Assembly (NCBI GenBank): GCA_902557965.1
Contig: CACECK010000001.1
Coordinates: 90,348-154,347 of the forward strand
Source: an uncultured SAR86 cluster bacterium
GTDB taxonomy: Bacteria; Pseudomonadota; Gammaproteobacteria; Magnimaribacterales; D2472
Length of the DNA stretch: 64,000 nucleotides
Direction: 5' to 3'
Shown here: piece after piece, positions 29,506-39,412 of the stretch
How the letters are laid out: each line of letters begins with the position of its first letter
How positions within the stretch are numbered: position 1 is the first letter of the stretch
The notes under the pieces: generated by a model
The model's input: the letters and a program-made list of their open reading frames with translations, nothing else
What the model was told of the DNA's origin: nothing
Database searches by the model: none
Made by a program: the position numbers and the translations under genes

Positions 29506-30030
29506 ATGAAGTACGTTACATCTTTTTGTTTATTCATGCTCTCTATCAATGCACTCGCATGCAACGATCTTTTAGATACTGAAATGAGGGTACTAGACTC
29601 TAGTGAAACTGTTAATTTATGTAAATACGAAGAAAAAGTCATATTAGTTGTAAATGTTGCGAGTAGATGTGGTTATACATATCAATACGCTACACTTCAG
29701 AAACTATATGAAGAATATAAAGATGAAGATTTTGTTATCCTTGGTATTCCCTCAAGGGATTTCATGCAAGAATATTCCAATGAAGAAGACGTTGCTGAAT
29801 TTTGTTCTACTGAGTATGGTGTGAATTTTCCCATGTTCGCTACAGCAAAAGTTCGTGGAAAAAAAGCACATCCTTTTTATAAAAAACTTGCTGATGAGAG
29901 CGGAATCAGCCCCAAGTGGAATTTTAATAAATATTTGATATCTCGAGATGGGTCAGTTGTTTCTACTTATGGTTCTTCTGTTAAACCTGATTCAGTTGAA
30001 CTTACCTCTGATATAGAAAAACTTCTCTAA
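29506..30030 (+). CDS. glutathione peroxidase-family thiol peroxidase, exported
   Basis: Signal peptide, peroxidatic Cys motif NVASRCGYT, and KWNFNKYLI (Trp/Asn of the catalytic tetrad). The usual FPCNQF resolving-Cys motif is replaced by IPSRDF. Confidence 0.85.
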   Translation: MKYVTSFCLFMLSINALACNDLLDTEMRVLDSSETVNLCKYEEKVILVVNVASRCGYTYQYATLQKLYEEYKDEDFVILGIPSRDFMQEYSNEEDVAEFCSTEYGVNFPMFATAKVRGKKAHPFYKKLADESGISPKWNFNKYLISRDGSVVSTYGSSVKPDSVELTSDIEKLL

Positions 30031-30031
30031 A

Positions 30032-30670
30032 CTAGTCACTAACTAAAACGGTAGAAGGTTTATTGAAGGCAAAAATGCCATTATCTACTACACCAGGTAT
30101 ATTATTTAAGTAAATTTCTAGAGCCTCAGGGTCTGGAATCTCTAAGTCTTTAACATCTATAATTTCATTACCTTGATCTGTAATAAATCCATTTCTATAT
30201 TCTGGAGTCCCTCCAAGCGCCACTATTTTTCGAGCCACCATACTTCGACTCTCAGGTATTACTTCTATAGGAAGAGGGAAGTTGCCTAGCTGCTTAACTA
30301 GTTTTGATTTATCCACTATACATATGAATTCTTTTGATGATGCTGCAACTATTTTTTCTCTCGTATGTGCGCCACCACCACCTTTTATTAAATGATTATT
30401 TGGACTTACTTCATCAGCTCCATCGATATAAAAAGAAACTTCGTTCACATCATTTAAACTAAAAACGTCTATTCCTATTGCTTTTAACAGCTTTGTTGAT
30501 GCTTCTGAGCTTGATACTGCTCCATAGAAATGATTCTTGTACTTAGATAATTCTTCTATAAAAAAGTTAACTGTTGAACCAGTTCCAATTCCAAGAACCA
30601 TATCTCTAGTAAATTTTTTTTCTATTTGATTAATTGCTTTTTTAGCAACACTTATCTTTGCAGCACTCAT
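30032..30670 (-). CDS. rpiA: ribose-5-phosphate isomerase A
   Basis: [14 protein letters not shown] and [11 protein letters not shown]. Confidence 0.9.
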   Translation of the reverse strand: MSAAKISVAKKAINQIEKKFTRDMVLGIGTGSTVNFFIEELSKYKNHFYGAVSSSEASTKLLKAIGIDVFSLNDVNEVSFYIDGADEVSPNNHLIKGGGGAHTREKIVAASSKEFICIVDKSKLVKQLGNFPLPIEVIPESRSMVARKIVALGGTPEYRNGFITDQGNEIIDVKDLEIPDPEALEIYLNNIPGVVDNGIFAFNKPSTVLVSD

Positions 30671-30708
30671 GCAGTTATAATACTAGAAAATATTACATGT
30701 GAATTAAA

Positions 30709-32265
30709 TTGAGACTAAAAATAAAAAAAACTGGCAATTTTAGATATTCAAAAAAATACTTGAAGCTAATAAATGCTGCAGAAAAACTGGTCTATGATGT
30801 TGCTATAGATTCTCCCACATCACATGCAATTAACTTATCTATAAAAGAGAACAATAATATTTACTTAAAGCGAGAAGATTTGCAGCCAATATTCTCATTT
30901 AAAAACAGAGGCGCATATAACAAAATTTTTAATTTATCTGAAGAGCAAAAATCTAATGGAATTATAGCTGCATCTGCAGGAAATCACGCGCAAGGAGTGG
31001 CATTGGCATGTAAGAAATTAAAAATACCATGCAATATTGTAATGCCAGTGACAGCACCCGAAAACAAACTAAAGAACGTAAAACGTCTTGGAGCAAAAGT
31101 AACTCAATTTGGAGAAAATTTGGCGGGAGCTCTTGTCAAAGCAGATCAAATAGCAAAGAAGAAAAAATATACTTTCGTGCATCCTTTTGATGATCCATAC
31201 ACAATAGCAGGCCAAGGTACAGTAGGAAAAGAAATTCTTGCAGACGGAATTGATTATGACATCTTGTTTGTTCCTGTAGGTGGTGGAGGATTATTGGCAG
31301 GCATAGCTGCTTGGGTTAGACAAAATAAGAAAAAAATAAAAATTGTAGGAGTTGAGGTTGATGATTCAGCGTGTCTTACGGAGGCCATAAAAACAAATAA
31401 AAGAGTATTGCTTAAAAAGGTTGGATTATTTGCTGATGGTGTTGCTGTTTCGCAAGTAGGAAAAAGCAACCTTGATGTTATTAAAGAATGTGTTGATGAA
31501 GTCATGACTGTAAATATTGATGAAGTATGTGCTGCTGTTAAAGATATTTTTGAAGATACAAGAATATTGTCTGAGCCATCAGGAGCAGTTGCTCTAGCTG
31601 GCTTAAAACAATATACAAAAAGAATAAAAAACAAAAACCTTCTTGCAGTAAGTTCTGGTGCTAATATAAATTTTCAAAAATTAGGATTCATTGTTGAAAG
31701 ATCTGAGCTAGGAGAGAATAGAGAAAAAATATTAAGTATAAAAATACCGGAAAAGCCTGGAAGCTTTTTAAAGCTTGCTAAAGTTTTTGGTAAATTGGCA
31801 GTTACAGAATTTAATTACAGAAAAGCACATGAAAAAGATGCTCATGTATTGGTTGGAATAAGAACAACATCAGAGGCTAGCTTTTCTAAACTTAAGCAAA
31901 AACTGAAGAAGTTAAAGTACAAATTTAGCGACTATACAAATAATGAGATATCAAATGATCATTTAAGGCATATGGTAGGGGGTAGGGCAAGCTCTAACAA
32001 TGACTCGAAAGATTTAGAGAGAATATTTAATGGAGAGTTTCCAGAAACACCAGGAGCCTTATTAAGTTTTCTTGAAAATTTTGGTAATAATTGGAATATT
32101 TCTTTGTTCCACTATAGAAATATTGGATCAGCTTATGGGAATATATTAATTGGTATTGAAGATTTCAATTCTGATAAGACAAAATTAATAAAACACCTTG
32201 ATAAATCCGGAACTGTTTTTAAAGAAGAAAGTAATAACCGAGCTTATTTAGATTTTTTAAAATAA
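30709..32265 (+). CDS. ilvA: biosynthetic threonine ammonia-lyase (TTG start as given in the track; start uncertain)
   Basis: PLP-Lys motif SFKNRGAYN, GGGGLLAG, and two C-terminal ACT-like regulatory repeats. Confidence 0.9.
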   Translation: MRLKIKKTGNFRYSKKYLKLINAAEKLVYDVAIDSPTSHAINLSIKENNNIYLKREDLQPIFSFKNRGAYNKIFNLSEEQKSNGIIAASAGNHAQGVALACKKLKIPCNIVMPVTAPENKLKNVKRLGAKVTQFGENLAGALVKADQIAKKKKYTFVHPFDDPYTIAGQGTVGKEILADGIDYDILFVPVGGGGLLAGIAAWVRQNKKKIKIVGVEVDDSACLTEAIKTNKRVLLKKVGLFADGVAVSQVGKSNLDVIKECVDEVMTVNIDEVCAAVKDIFEDTRILSEPSGAVALAGLKQYTKRIKNKNLLAVSSGANINFQKLGFIVERSELGENREKILSIKIPEKPGSFLKLAKVFGKLAVTEFNYRKAHEKDAHVLVGIRTTSEASFSKLKQKLKKLKYKFSDYTNNEISNDHLRHMVGGRASSNNDSKDLERIFNGEFPETPGALLSFLENFGNNWNISLFHYRNIGSAYGNILIGIEDFNSDKTKLIKHLDKSGTVFKEESNNRAYLDFLK

Positions 32266-32275
32266 AACTTAAAAG

Positions 32276-34558
32276 TTAATATTTCAACCTAAACTTTAGA
32301 GAAAAGATTTCATTATCAGGATTATCCCAAGGATCTTTAAATACATCGGATGTATTTCTTTCATTTTCATCATCGTAAACCCTCCCACCTTTTGTATAGA
32401 CTATATAAATATAGGACAAAGGCACAATTTCATATTTGTACCTTATCTGGAAAGAGGTAATTCCATCTGTGAATGGTCTTACGTTAGAATTATGGTTATA
32501 AAGATAGCCTGCCTTGTCTAAAATAAGACTTATTGGATTTTCTGCTTCAAGAGCAACGAATTGACTCTTTAATCTTATTTCATGCTTAGAGCCTTTAAAC
32601 CAGTTTGCATTTATAGATATAATTTTCTGCGTTAAATCATATACACCAAGCTCATTACTATCTATCCAATTTAGCCATTCATCTTCTTCTCTTACTCTAA
32701 ATTGCCAACTTAACTTAAAATCTTCAACTGGATATAAAGATCCAGCGATTTTTGCAAATCTTCTTTCATAACCCTCAGAGCTCCATGTTTTATACTTATC
32801 TGCAGTTTCATAACCGATTCTCCAGTCGTACTCCCAAGTTCCATAACTTGGTGATTCATAATCTAGGTTAAAGCTAAAGCTTCCATTTCTCTTCACAAAT
32901 GGAAAGTCCACATTTTTTCTTGTAATTGTTGTATTTTTTCCAGATGTTTTAAGATCCCATGAGCCCTGGAAGCTTGAAGTGTCTTTAAATTTAAAATTAT
33001 ATTCTTGTTTTATTTGAGTAGGGTTAGAATTTCCAGAAGTATCAGAATCATAGTTAAAGTCGGTGCCAATCTTTCTTTCTTTTATAAAGCTAGATTTACT
33101 AAAATCTACCTTTGTCACATCTGAACCTAATCCCACATGAAACCAATCATTTTTTTTAAGATATCCAAAATCATTAAGCTGAAAACTGTCTTCAAAATAT
33201 AAAATACTTCCAGACCTCCTACTAAGTGATGAAGGTTTGTATACAAATTGCGATCTTAGGCCAAAACCAGAAACTCCCTCCTTGTCTGAAGAGAGGAGGT
33301 CTGTATATAAGGTTAATTTATTTGAATTAACATTTGTAAAATCAATAACATTTATTGTGGCTTTTTCATTCTTAAAATTATCTACAACATGAGTTAAGAA
33401 ATAACCAACAGATCTTTTTCCAAAAACACTTTTTGACCTTAAAGCATAAAAGTTTTTACCTTTTGTAAAAGATTCGTCTGACTCTTGTGCAACAAATATT
33501 CCAACATCATTATTGTTATTTTTTTGCGTGTACCTTAATGCAAAATCTATATCCGTGTAATTTTTTCTTGCATCATTACATCTATCTTTATCAGAAGATG
33601 CATCGCAATCATAGGAACTAGCAGCTCCTATTCTTCTAGTATTTATAATCCTATATCTATCATAGTGAGATAGATCAAATAAAGATTGATTTTCATTGAA
33701 GAAAGCTCTTTTTTCTGAATAAAAAGTTTCTTGAGCAGAGAAATTCACAATTACCTCATCACTCTCAGCTTGACCAAAGTCAGGATTAAGAGTTAAGTTA
33801 ATTTGCTTACCTGTTCCAGTATTTAAAAAAACTTCAGTACCAACTCTATTCTCATTAAAACCAGAAACTGAATTATATGTTTTTGAAACATATGGGAAAT
33901 AGTTAAGCTTTCTTTTTGTATAGTTTTCAACATTTATAGATCTCAAACTTGATAAAAAATTAGTTCTAAAACCGCTTGTTTTAGTATCGTTAAGCCATGA
34001 TTGAGTTTTTGAATAATATCTAAAAGTTGTAATTTTTATATTTCTTTTAGGACCATCAATACTTTTCATTAAAACTACATCCCAGGGTATTAAGAACTCT
34101 GAAACCCAATAACCATCATATTTATTAGTCCGAACTTTCCAGTCACCATCCCAATCAAACTCTGGCCACCCGCCTAGTGGCCTAATACCATCCCCTTGAA
34201 TATTAGCGAGAGTAACAAAGAACATGTAAGCCTTAAGCCCATCTCCATCAAAATCAATTGCAACCCCATTTTGTTCAACATTATTTGGAACTTCATCTCT
34301 CATAGATTTATTTGAGAGCATTGACTCGTTATCTTGAAAATTAGTAAATCCGATGTATATTCCATTTTCATTCGAAAAGATTCTTGTTTCTGTTTTCACC
34401 TGAGAAGGTAATAATGTGAATGGAACAGTTTCATAATACTCATTTATAACAATGGCATTTTCCCATTGTGCTTCATTTAAATTAGCATCGATTTCTATAG
34501 ATTGACTATATGCAGATGGCAAAAATAAAAGGAATAAATATTTAAGTGATTTGTTCAT
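32276..34558 (-). CDS. CBM9-like/DUF5916-like large exported protein, probable outer-membrane beta-barrel
   Basis: Signal peptide (LPSAYS-QS). The N-terminal about 180 aa resemble the carbohydrate-binding family 9-like fold (IDANLNEAQWENA..., NGIYIGF). The remainder is rich in alternating beta-strand patterns and ends FSLKFRLKY (aromatic terminal residue, as in OMPs). Confidence 0.55.
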   Translation of the reverse strand: MNKSLKYLFLLFLPSAYSQSIEIDANLNEAQWENAIVINEYYETVPFTLLPSQVKTETRIFSNENGIYIGFTNFQDNESMLSNKSMRDEVPNNVEQNGVAIDFDGDGLKAYMFFVTLANIQGDGIRPLGGWPEFDWDGDWKVRTNKYDGYWVSEFLIPWDVVLMKSIDGPKRNIKITTFRYYSKTQSWLNDTKTSGFRTNFLSSLRSINVENYTKRKLNYFPYVSKTYNSVSGFNENRVGTEVFLNTGTGKQINLTLNPDFGQAESDEVIVNFSAQETFYSEKRAFFNENQSLFDLSHYDRYRIINTRRIGAASSYDCDASSDKDRCNDARKNYTDIDFALRYTQKNNNNDVGIFVAQESDESFTKGKNFYALRSKSVFGKRSVGYFLTHVVDNFKNEKATINVIDFTNVNSNKLTLYTDLLSSDKEGVSGFGLRSQFVYKPSSLSRRSGSILYFEDSFQLNDFGYLKKNDWFHVGLGSDVTKVDFSKSSFIKERKIGTDFNYDSDTSGNSNPTQIKQEYNFKFKDTSSFQGSWDLKTSGKNTTITRKNVDFPFVKRNGSFSFNLDYESPSYGTWEYDWRIGYETADKYKTWSSEGYERRFAKIAGSLYPVEDFKLSWQFRVREEDEWLNWIDSNELGVYDLTQKIISINANWFKGSKHEIRLKSQFVALEAENPISLILDKAGYLYNHNSNVRPFTDGITSFQIRYKYEIVPLSYIYIVYTKGGRVYDDENERNTSDVFKDPWDNPDNEIFSLKFRLKY

Positions 34559-34587
34559 AAGTACTTTCAGGTAAAGTATTTTATATA

Positions 34588-35157
34588 TCAGATGAATGAA
34601 AGTACACGAGTTTCAGTTATTACAATATCGTATTTGATATCATGAGTCATTCCAAATTCCTTATTGACTAACTGATAATCAAAACCCATACCAACAATGA
34701 GAGGCCTTTTGTCTAATAAGTCTACACCCTCAAGTGCTCTATCAAAATAACCTCCGCCGTATCCAAGCCTGCAACCATTTTTATCAACTCCAACAAATGG
34801 AATGAACATAGTATCAAATGAACTAGGTTCTAAATATTCAGTATTTTCAATTTCTTTAATACCATATTTATTTACTTTAAAAATACTGCTTTCGGAAAGT
34901 AAATTAAATTTCATTTTTTTATTTGAAAAAATTCTTGGCATATAAATATTATTTGAATTAATTTTTATTTCATTAGCTAAAAGATTTATATTTATTTCTT
35001 TTTTATATGGGAAATATAAAAGGTTGTTTGTAGAAGAGGCTATGTCAATTTTATTTAAAGCAGTATTCTGTATTTTTGGATCATTTCTAATGATGTAATC
35101 ATTTGATAAAAGTTGCCCCTGCTCGAGAAGTGATTTTCTAATAATATTTTTCACCAT
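34588..35157 (-). CDS. ygfA: 5-formyltetrahydrofolate cyclo-ligase
   Basis: GYGGGYFDR motif and position downstream of zapA-ssrS, as in E. coli. The track ORF starts at 35178, but its first 7 codons overlap the predicted 6S RNA 3' end. I prefer Met8 (MVKNIIRKS). Confidence 0.8.
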   Translation of the reverse strand: MVKNIIRKSLLEQGQLLSNDYIIRNDPKIQNTALNKIDIASSTNNLLYFPYKKEININLLANEIKINSNNIYMPRIFSNKKMKFNLLSESSIFKVNKYGIKEIENTEYLEPSSFDTMFIPFVGVDKNGCRLGYGGGYFDRALEGVDLLDKRPLIVGMGFDYQLVNKEFGMTHDIKYDIVITETRVLSFI

Positions 35158-35177
35158 AAATTTTGCAGAGGCTGACA

Positions 35178-35340
35178 AACCAGATCACCGCTATGTGCTA
35201 TACCTGAACCGAAAGTTCAGGTGGTGAATATCTTGTCAGATCAGGCTTCCCTTATAGGTATTGCTCAACAAAGACAGTGGAAAATCACCTAATTAATAGT
35301 ATCGGTTCAAATTTATTAGCACATAAGCAAATGAACCAGA
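35178..35340 (-). ncRNA. ssrS: 6S RNA
   Basis: Lies between zapA and ygfA on the same strand (E. coli synteny). A long closing stem is formed by UGGUUCAUUUGCUUAUGUGCUA pairing with UAGCACAUAGCGGUGAUCUGG. An internal stem is GGUGA/UCACC. The 3'-side bubble hairpin is CCUGAAC-UUUC-GGUUCAGG, with a 5'-bubble segment GAACCGA able to pair alternatively. Ends are approximate (+/-10 nt). Confidence 0.8.
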
Positions 35341-35381
35341 ATGTAATTAAAGTATAGTTTAGTTGGAAGGCAAGTTAAAGA

Positions 35382-35648
35382 TTATTTTTTTAATGCTTTA
35401 TCTATTTTTGTAATTAGCTTAGAGATGTTGATATCTCCAGAACTATTTGAGCTAGTTTCATCTATTAGTAATTTATTCGCCAAAGTGAGACCAGCAATAA
35501 TTAGAGCATTATTTTTATCGCTAATACCATCTAATTCAGCATTCAATAATTCTGCCGCCTTTATTAGGTTATTCTTTTCTTTTGGAGGACACGCTATTGT
35601 AAGATCTCTTCCAAAAATTCTTAGTGAGATCGTCTCAGTATTACTCAC
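35382..35648 (-). CDS. zapA: cell division protein ZapA
   Basis: About 90 aa. ISLRIFGRDLTIACPPKEKNNLIKAAELLNAEL matches the ZapA N-terminal pattern, and it sits upstream of ssrS. Confidence 0.8.
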   Translation of the reverse strand: MSNTETISLRIFGRDLTIACPPKEKNNLIKAAELLNAELDGISDKNNALIIAGLTLANKLLIDETSSNSSGDINISKLITKIDKALKK

Positions 35649-35835
35649 TACGCGCCTTCCTCAAATCTTTTTCAAGCTTTGAAATTTCTTTTTTGTGAAG
35701 CACCTTGTCTTTTTTCCAACCCCTTTCTCTTTTTACATAAGCGTCGATGATGCCTTTTTGTTCTTCAAATCTTTTTATAAGATTATTTATTCTATCTTCT
35801 AGGTCTTTTGAAGTTAATTCAGAATCTTTAGACAT
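35641..35835 (-). CDS. small coiled-coil protein (ZapB-like/TIGR02449-like)
   Basis: 64 aa, entirely heptad-like and charged. It overlaps the zapA start by 8 nt. The position upstream of zapA is conserved in many gammaproteobacteria (from memory). Confidence 0.5.
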   Translation of the reverse strand: MSKDSELTSKDLEDRINNLIKRFEEQKGIIDAYVKRERGWKKDKVLHKKEISKLEKDLRKARSE

Positions 35836-35900
35836 TTTAATAGTTTAATTCTACTTTAATGAATTGGAAAGTTTGTTTAATAAAAGAGTAGAATAAGCAG

Positions 35901-37196
35901 ATGGATAACACTATATATAAAAAAAGAAGAGATAATCTAGAAGAAATACTACCAAATAATTCTGTTTTATTGCTTCCTGGAGCTGATCTCCAATACAGAA
36001 ATGCTGATTCTGCCCATGCTTTTAGGCAAGAAAGCAGTTTTTTCTATTTTTCTGGATTTTGTGAACCTTCTTCATTAATTGCAATTATAAATAATGACAT
36101 GGGTTTAAGCTCAATAATATTTGTACCGCCTAAAGACAAACTTAAAGAAATATGGGATGGTCATAGAGCTGGTCCAATTGGAGCTGTAGATAATTTCATG
36201 TTTGATAAGGCATACGACAATAGTCAAATTGATTCTATGATGCCAGATATTTTACAGGGGTCTGAACAAGTTCTGTATTCAATTGGCAAGAAACAAGGTT
36301 TTGATCAAAAAGTTATTGATTGGACTACCGCAGCCTCTTCTAAAGATAGACACAGTAAGTCTATAAATATTACTGATGCTTCATCATTGATCGGCAATGT
36401 TCGTTTAATAAAAGATGATCATGAAATTGATCTAATTAAAAAAGCTTGTGAGATTTCTGCAGATGCTCACATCGAAGCAATGAAAGCTGTTAAGGAAGGT
36501 GACAATGAGCAATATATTGAGAGTCTATATATTCATGAATTTTCAAAAAGAGGAGGTAGGTATCCAGCGTACACTCCTATAGTTGCAGGAGGAGAGAATG
36601 CATGTGTATTGCATTATGTTGAAAATGATAAGGATCTTAAAAGTAACGAATTGCTTTTAGTTGATGCTGGTTGTGAATATAAAATGTATGCAGCCGATAT
36701 AACAAGGACTTTTCCAGTATGTGGCAAATTCTCAGATGAGCAGTTAAAAGTTTACGAGATCGTTTTAAGGGCAATGAATGCTGCAATAGATTCTGTCAAA
36801 GTAGGAAATAGCATTATGATGCCTCAAGAAATTTCCGAAAAAGTTATTACAGAAGGATTGGTAGAAATAGGAATTTTAGATGGTGATCCAGATGAGCTCC
36901 ATAAAGAAGGAGCATATAAAGATTTTTACATGCATAAAATAGGTCATTGGTTGGGCTTAGATGTTCATGATGTTGGTGATTACATGGAAGGTGATGATTT
37001 TATTAAATTCAAACCAGGTATGATTACGACAATCGAACCAGGTATATATATTAGCAATTCAATGGATGTCGATAATAAATGGAAGGGTATCGGTGTTCGA
37101 ATAGAAGATGATATTCTCGTGACTAAAGATGGCAATGAGAACCTGACAAAGAAGGTGCCATCTGATCCTCATGAAATAGAATCATTAATGTCATAA
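35901..37196 (+). CDS. pepP: Xaa-Pro aminopeptidase
   Basis: Metal ligand contexts LVDAGCEY, YAADITRT, HWLGLDVHD, EPGIY and VRIEDD. Confidence 0.9.
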   Translation: MDNTIYKKRRDNLEEILPNNSVLLLPGADLQYRNADSAHAFRQESSFFYFSGFCEPSSLIAIINNDMGLSSIIFVPPKDKLKEIWDGHRAGPIGAVDNFMFDKAYDNSQIDSMMPDILQGSEQVLYSIGKKQGFDQKVIDWTTAASSKDRHSKSINITDASSLIGNVRLIKDDHEIDLIKKACEISADAHIEAMKAVKEGDNEQYIESLYIHEFSKRGGRYPAYTPIVAGGENACVLHYVENDKDLKSNELLLVDAGCEYKMYAADITRTFPVCGKFSDEQLKVYEIVLRAMNAAIDSVKVGNSIMMPQEISEKVITEGLVEIGILDGDPDELHKEGAYKDFYMHKIGHWLGLDVHDVGDYMEGDDFIKFKPGMITTIEPGIYISNSMDVDNKWKGIGVRIEDDILVTKDGNENLTKKVPSDPHEIESLMS

Positions 37197-37199
37197 ATC

Positions 37200-38360
37200 T
37201 TGAGTACTGTTGTAACCATATCTGGTGGCGGTATTATTGGAAATTATATTTCTGCTCGCCTTCATGCAAATGGCATTGATACTAAAGTAGTAGAAAAAAA
37301 TAAGAATTCTAAACATCAATCAGAGAAAGTCAGAACTCTAACCCTTAACCCTTATTCTAAAAAACTACTTGATGAAATTGGTATAGAGGTTCCTATTGCA
37401 GAAATTAAGTACATTAGAGTAATTGATGGAGAGGGCACAGGAGCAATAGATTTTAATTCAAATGAGATACATGAAGAGAATTTATCTTATGTAGTTTTCT
37501 TCAATGATTTGCTCAATGCACTTCAAGAAAAAGAAGTTTCAAGAACTATTTTTGAAAATGAATTGATTCAAATTAATGAAGACATTAACGACTATTTTTG
37601 TGAAGTTACACTTAAAGATAAAACAAAACATTCTTCAGTATTTGTTGCTGGATGTGATGGAAGAAATTCAAATGTTGCCAAGTTATCATCTTTCAATCTT
37701 AAAAGTGCTGATTATGGTCAAACCGCAATAACATTTACTGCAAATATAGAAAAAGATAATGACAAGGAAGCTTATCAAGTTTTTTCTGATAGGGGCATTT
37801 TTGCAGTAATGCCATGTCCTTTAAGTAATCATGAATCAACTCATACGATTGTTTGGTCAATTGAAAATAAAAATATTGAAAATGGGATATCTATTGAAGA
37901 ATATGCAGAAGAAAATCTTGCTTATTTTGAAAATAAATTAAAAATGAAAATTAATGCTTGTTCCTCATTTTTAAGCTTTGGCCTTAAAAATCATTATTTT
38001 GAAAATTATATATCTGGATCAACAGTTTTAATTGGTGATGCAGCTCACTCTATTCATCCCTTAGCAGGACAAGGAATAAATTTAGGTTTTGCAGATGCAG
38101 ATGCATTTTGTGAAGAGGTTATTGAGGGATATAAAAGCAGAATGAGAATGAATAAAGATTTAGTTTTAAAGCGGTATGAAATTAGAAGAAAACAAATGAA
38201 TCTTTTAATGCTTAGATCAATGGATTTCTTTGTTGAAATCTTTAGATCTAAAAATCTAGCAATAAAACTATTGAGAAATTATGGACTCTCGGGTGTTAAT
38301 AAGATTAATTTCTTAAAAACTTTCTTTATAAATCATGCCTCTGGTAAGAATAAGTTATAA
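37200..38360 (+). CDS. ubiH: FAD-dependent ubiquinone hydroxylase (UbiH/UbiF/VisC family; TTG start)
   Basis: FAD motif ISGGGIIGN and LIGDAAHSIHPLAGQGINLG. It follows pepP, as ubiH does in E. coli. Confidence 0.8.
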   Translation: MSTVVTISGGGIIGNYISARLHANGIDTKVVEKNKNSKHQSEKVRTLTLNPYSKKLLDEIGIEVPIAEIKYIRVIDGEGTGAIDFNSNEIHEENLSYVVFFNDLLNALQEKEVSRTIFENELIQINEDINDYFCEVTLKDKTKHSSVFVAGCDGRNSNVAKLSSFNLKSADYGQTAITFTANIEKDNDKEAYQVFSDRGIFAVMPCPLSNHESTHTIVWSIENKNIENGISIEEYAEENLAYFENKLKMKINACSSFLSFGLKNHYFENYISGSTVLIGDAAHSIHPLAGQGINLGFADADAFCEEVIEGYKSRMRMNKDLVLKRYEIRRKQMNLLMLRSMDFFVEIFRSKNLAIKLLRNYGLSGVNKINFLKTFFINHASGKNKL

Positions 38361-38406
38361 TTCATATGCACACCAATATTAGATCTTATTTCAAGCGAGG
38401 TTAGAA

Positions 38407-39402
38407 ATGAAAAAAATATCTATTTGTGCATCTTTATTTATCTTGGTTTCATGCGCATATGAACCTGCAGATGAACTGACAATCTACACATCCAGACAAC
38501 CACAGCTAATTGAACCAATTGTTGAAAAATTTAGCTTAGAAACTGGAATTAAGGTGAATTTTTTATCTGGAAATGCACAAGAATTAATGGAAAGAATTGA
38601 TGTGGAGGGTGATAATTCTCCTGCTGATATTTTTATGACTGTAGATGCGGGAGTCTTATGGCAAGCAGCTGAGAGAGATATCTTTAGCAGCACTAATTCA
38701 AAGATATTAGAAGAAAATATTCCATCATATTTACGAGACCCAGAAAACAAGTGGTTTGGTTTATCAAAGAGAGCAAGAACAATTGTTTATTCTAATGATC
38801 AATTTAATGATAATGATTTTTCAACATATGAGGATTTAGCTGACCCAAAATGGAAAGGCAAATTATGCTTAAGAACATCAAAGAAAGTTTATAACAGATC
38901 CCTGATGGCAAGCATGATAGATGCTTATGGTTTTGAAAAAGCAAAAGAAGTAGTTACAGGATGGATATCAAATCTTGCTACTGAAGTATTCTCCAACGAT
39001 ACAAATGCTTTAAAAGCTGTATCGAGTGGACAGTGTGGCCTAACAATTGTAAATACGTACTACTTAGCTAGATTATTGGATGACCCTCAATATGATAATT
39101 TGACTCTTTTTTGGGCAAATCAAAGTGATAGAGGGGTTCATGTAAATATTTCTGGAGCTGGAATAGTTAAAACTTCTAAAAACAAACAAGCTGCAACTTT
39201 ACTTTTAGAGTACTTGTCATCCGAAAAGGCTCAAGATTTTTATGCATCTGCAAATAAAGAGTATCCAGTTCTAGATGGAGCCATGGTGCATGCTTCAATT
39301 AAAGATTGGGGTGAATTTATTGAAGATAATATCAATGTTGGTAAATTGGGCTCACTTCAAAAAGAAGCAGTGTTTCTTGCACAAGAAGTAGGGTACAAAT
39401 AA
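38407..39402 (+). CDS. Fe(3+)-type ABC transporter periplasmic substrate-binding lipoprotein
   Basis: Lipobox LVSC and FbpA/FutA-like class II SBP pattern (LTIYTSRQPQL, DIFMTVDAG, YPV). No permease or ATPase gene is adjacent. Confidence 0.75.
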   Translation: MKKISICASLFILVSCAYEPADELTIYTSRQPQLIEPIVEKFSLETGIKVNFLSGNAQELMERIDVEGDNSPADIFMTVDAGVLWQAAERDIFSSTNSKILEENIPSYLRDPENKWFGLSKRARTIVYSNDQFNDNDFSTYEDLADPKWKGKLCLRTSKKVYNRSLMASMIDAYGFEKAKEVVTGWISNLATEVFSNDTNALKAVSSGQCGLTIVNTYYLARLLDDPQYDNLTLFWANQSDRGVHVNISGAGIVKTSKNKQAATLLLEYLSSEKAQDFYASANKEYPVLDGAMVHASIKDWGEFIEDNINVGKLGSLQKEAVFLAQEVGYK

Positions 39403-39412
39403 TTATTGTTAT

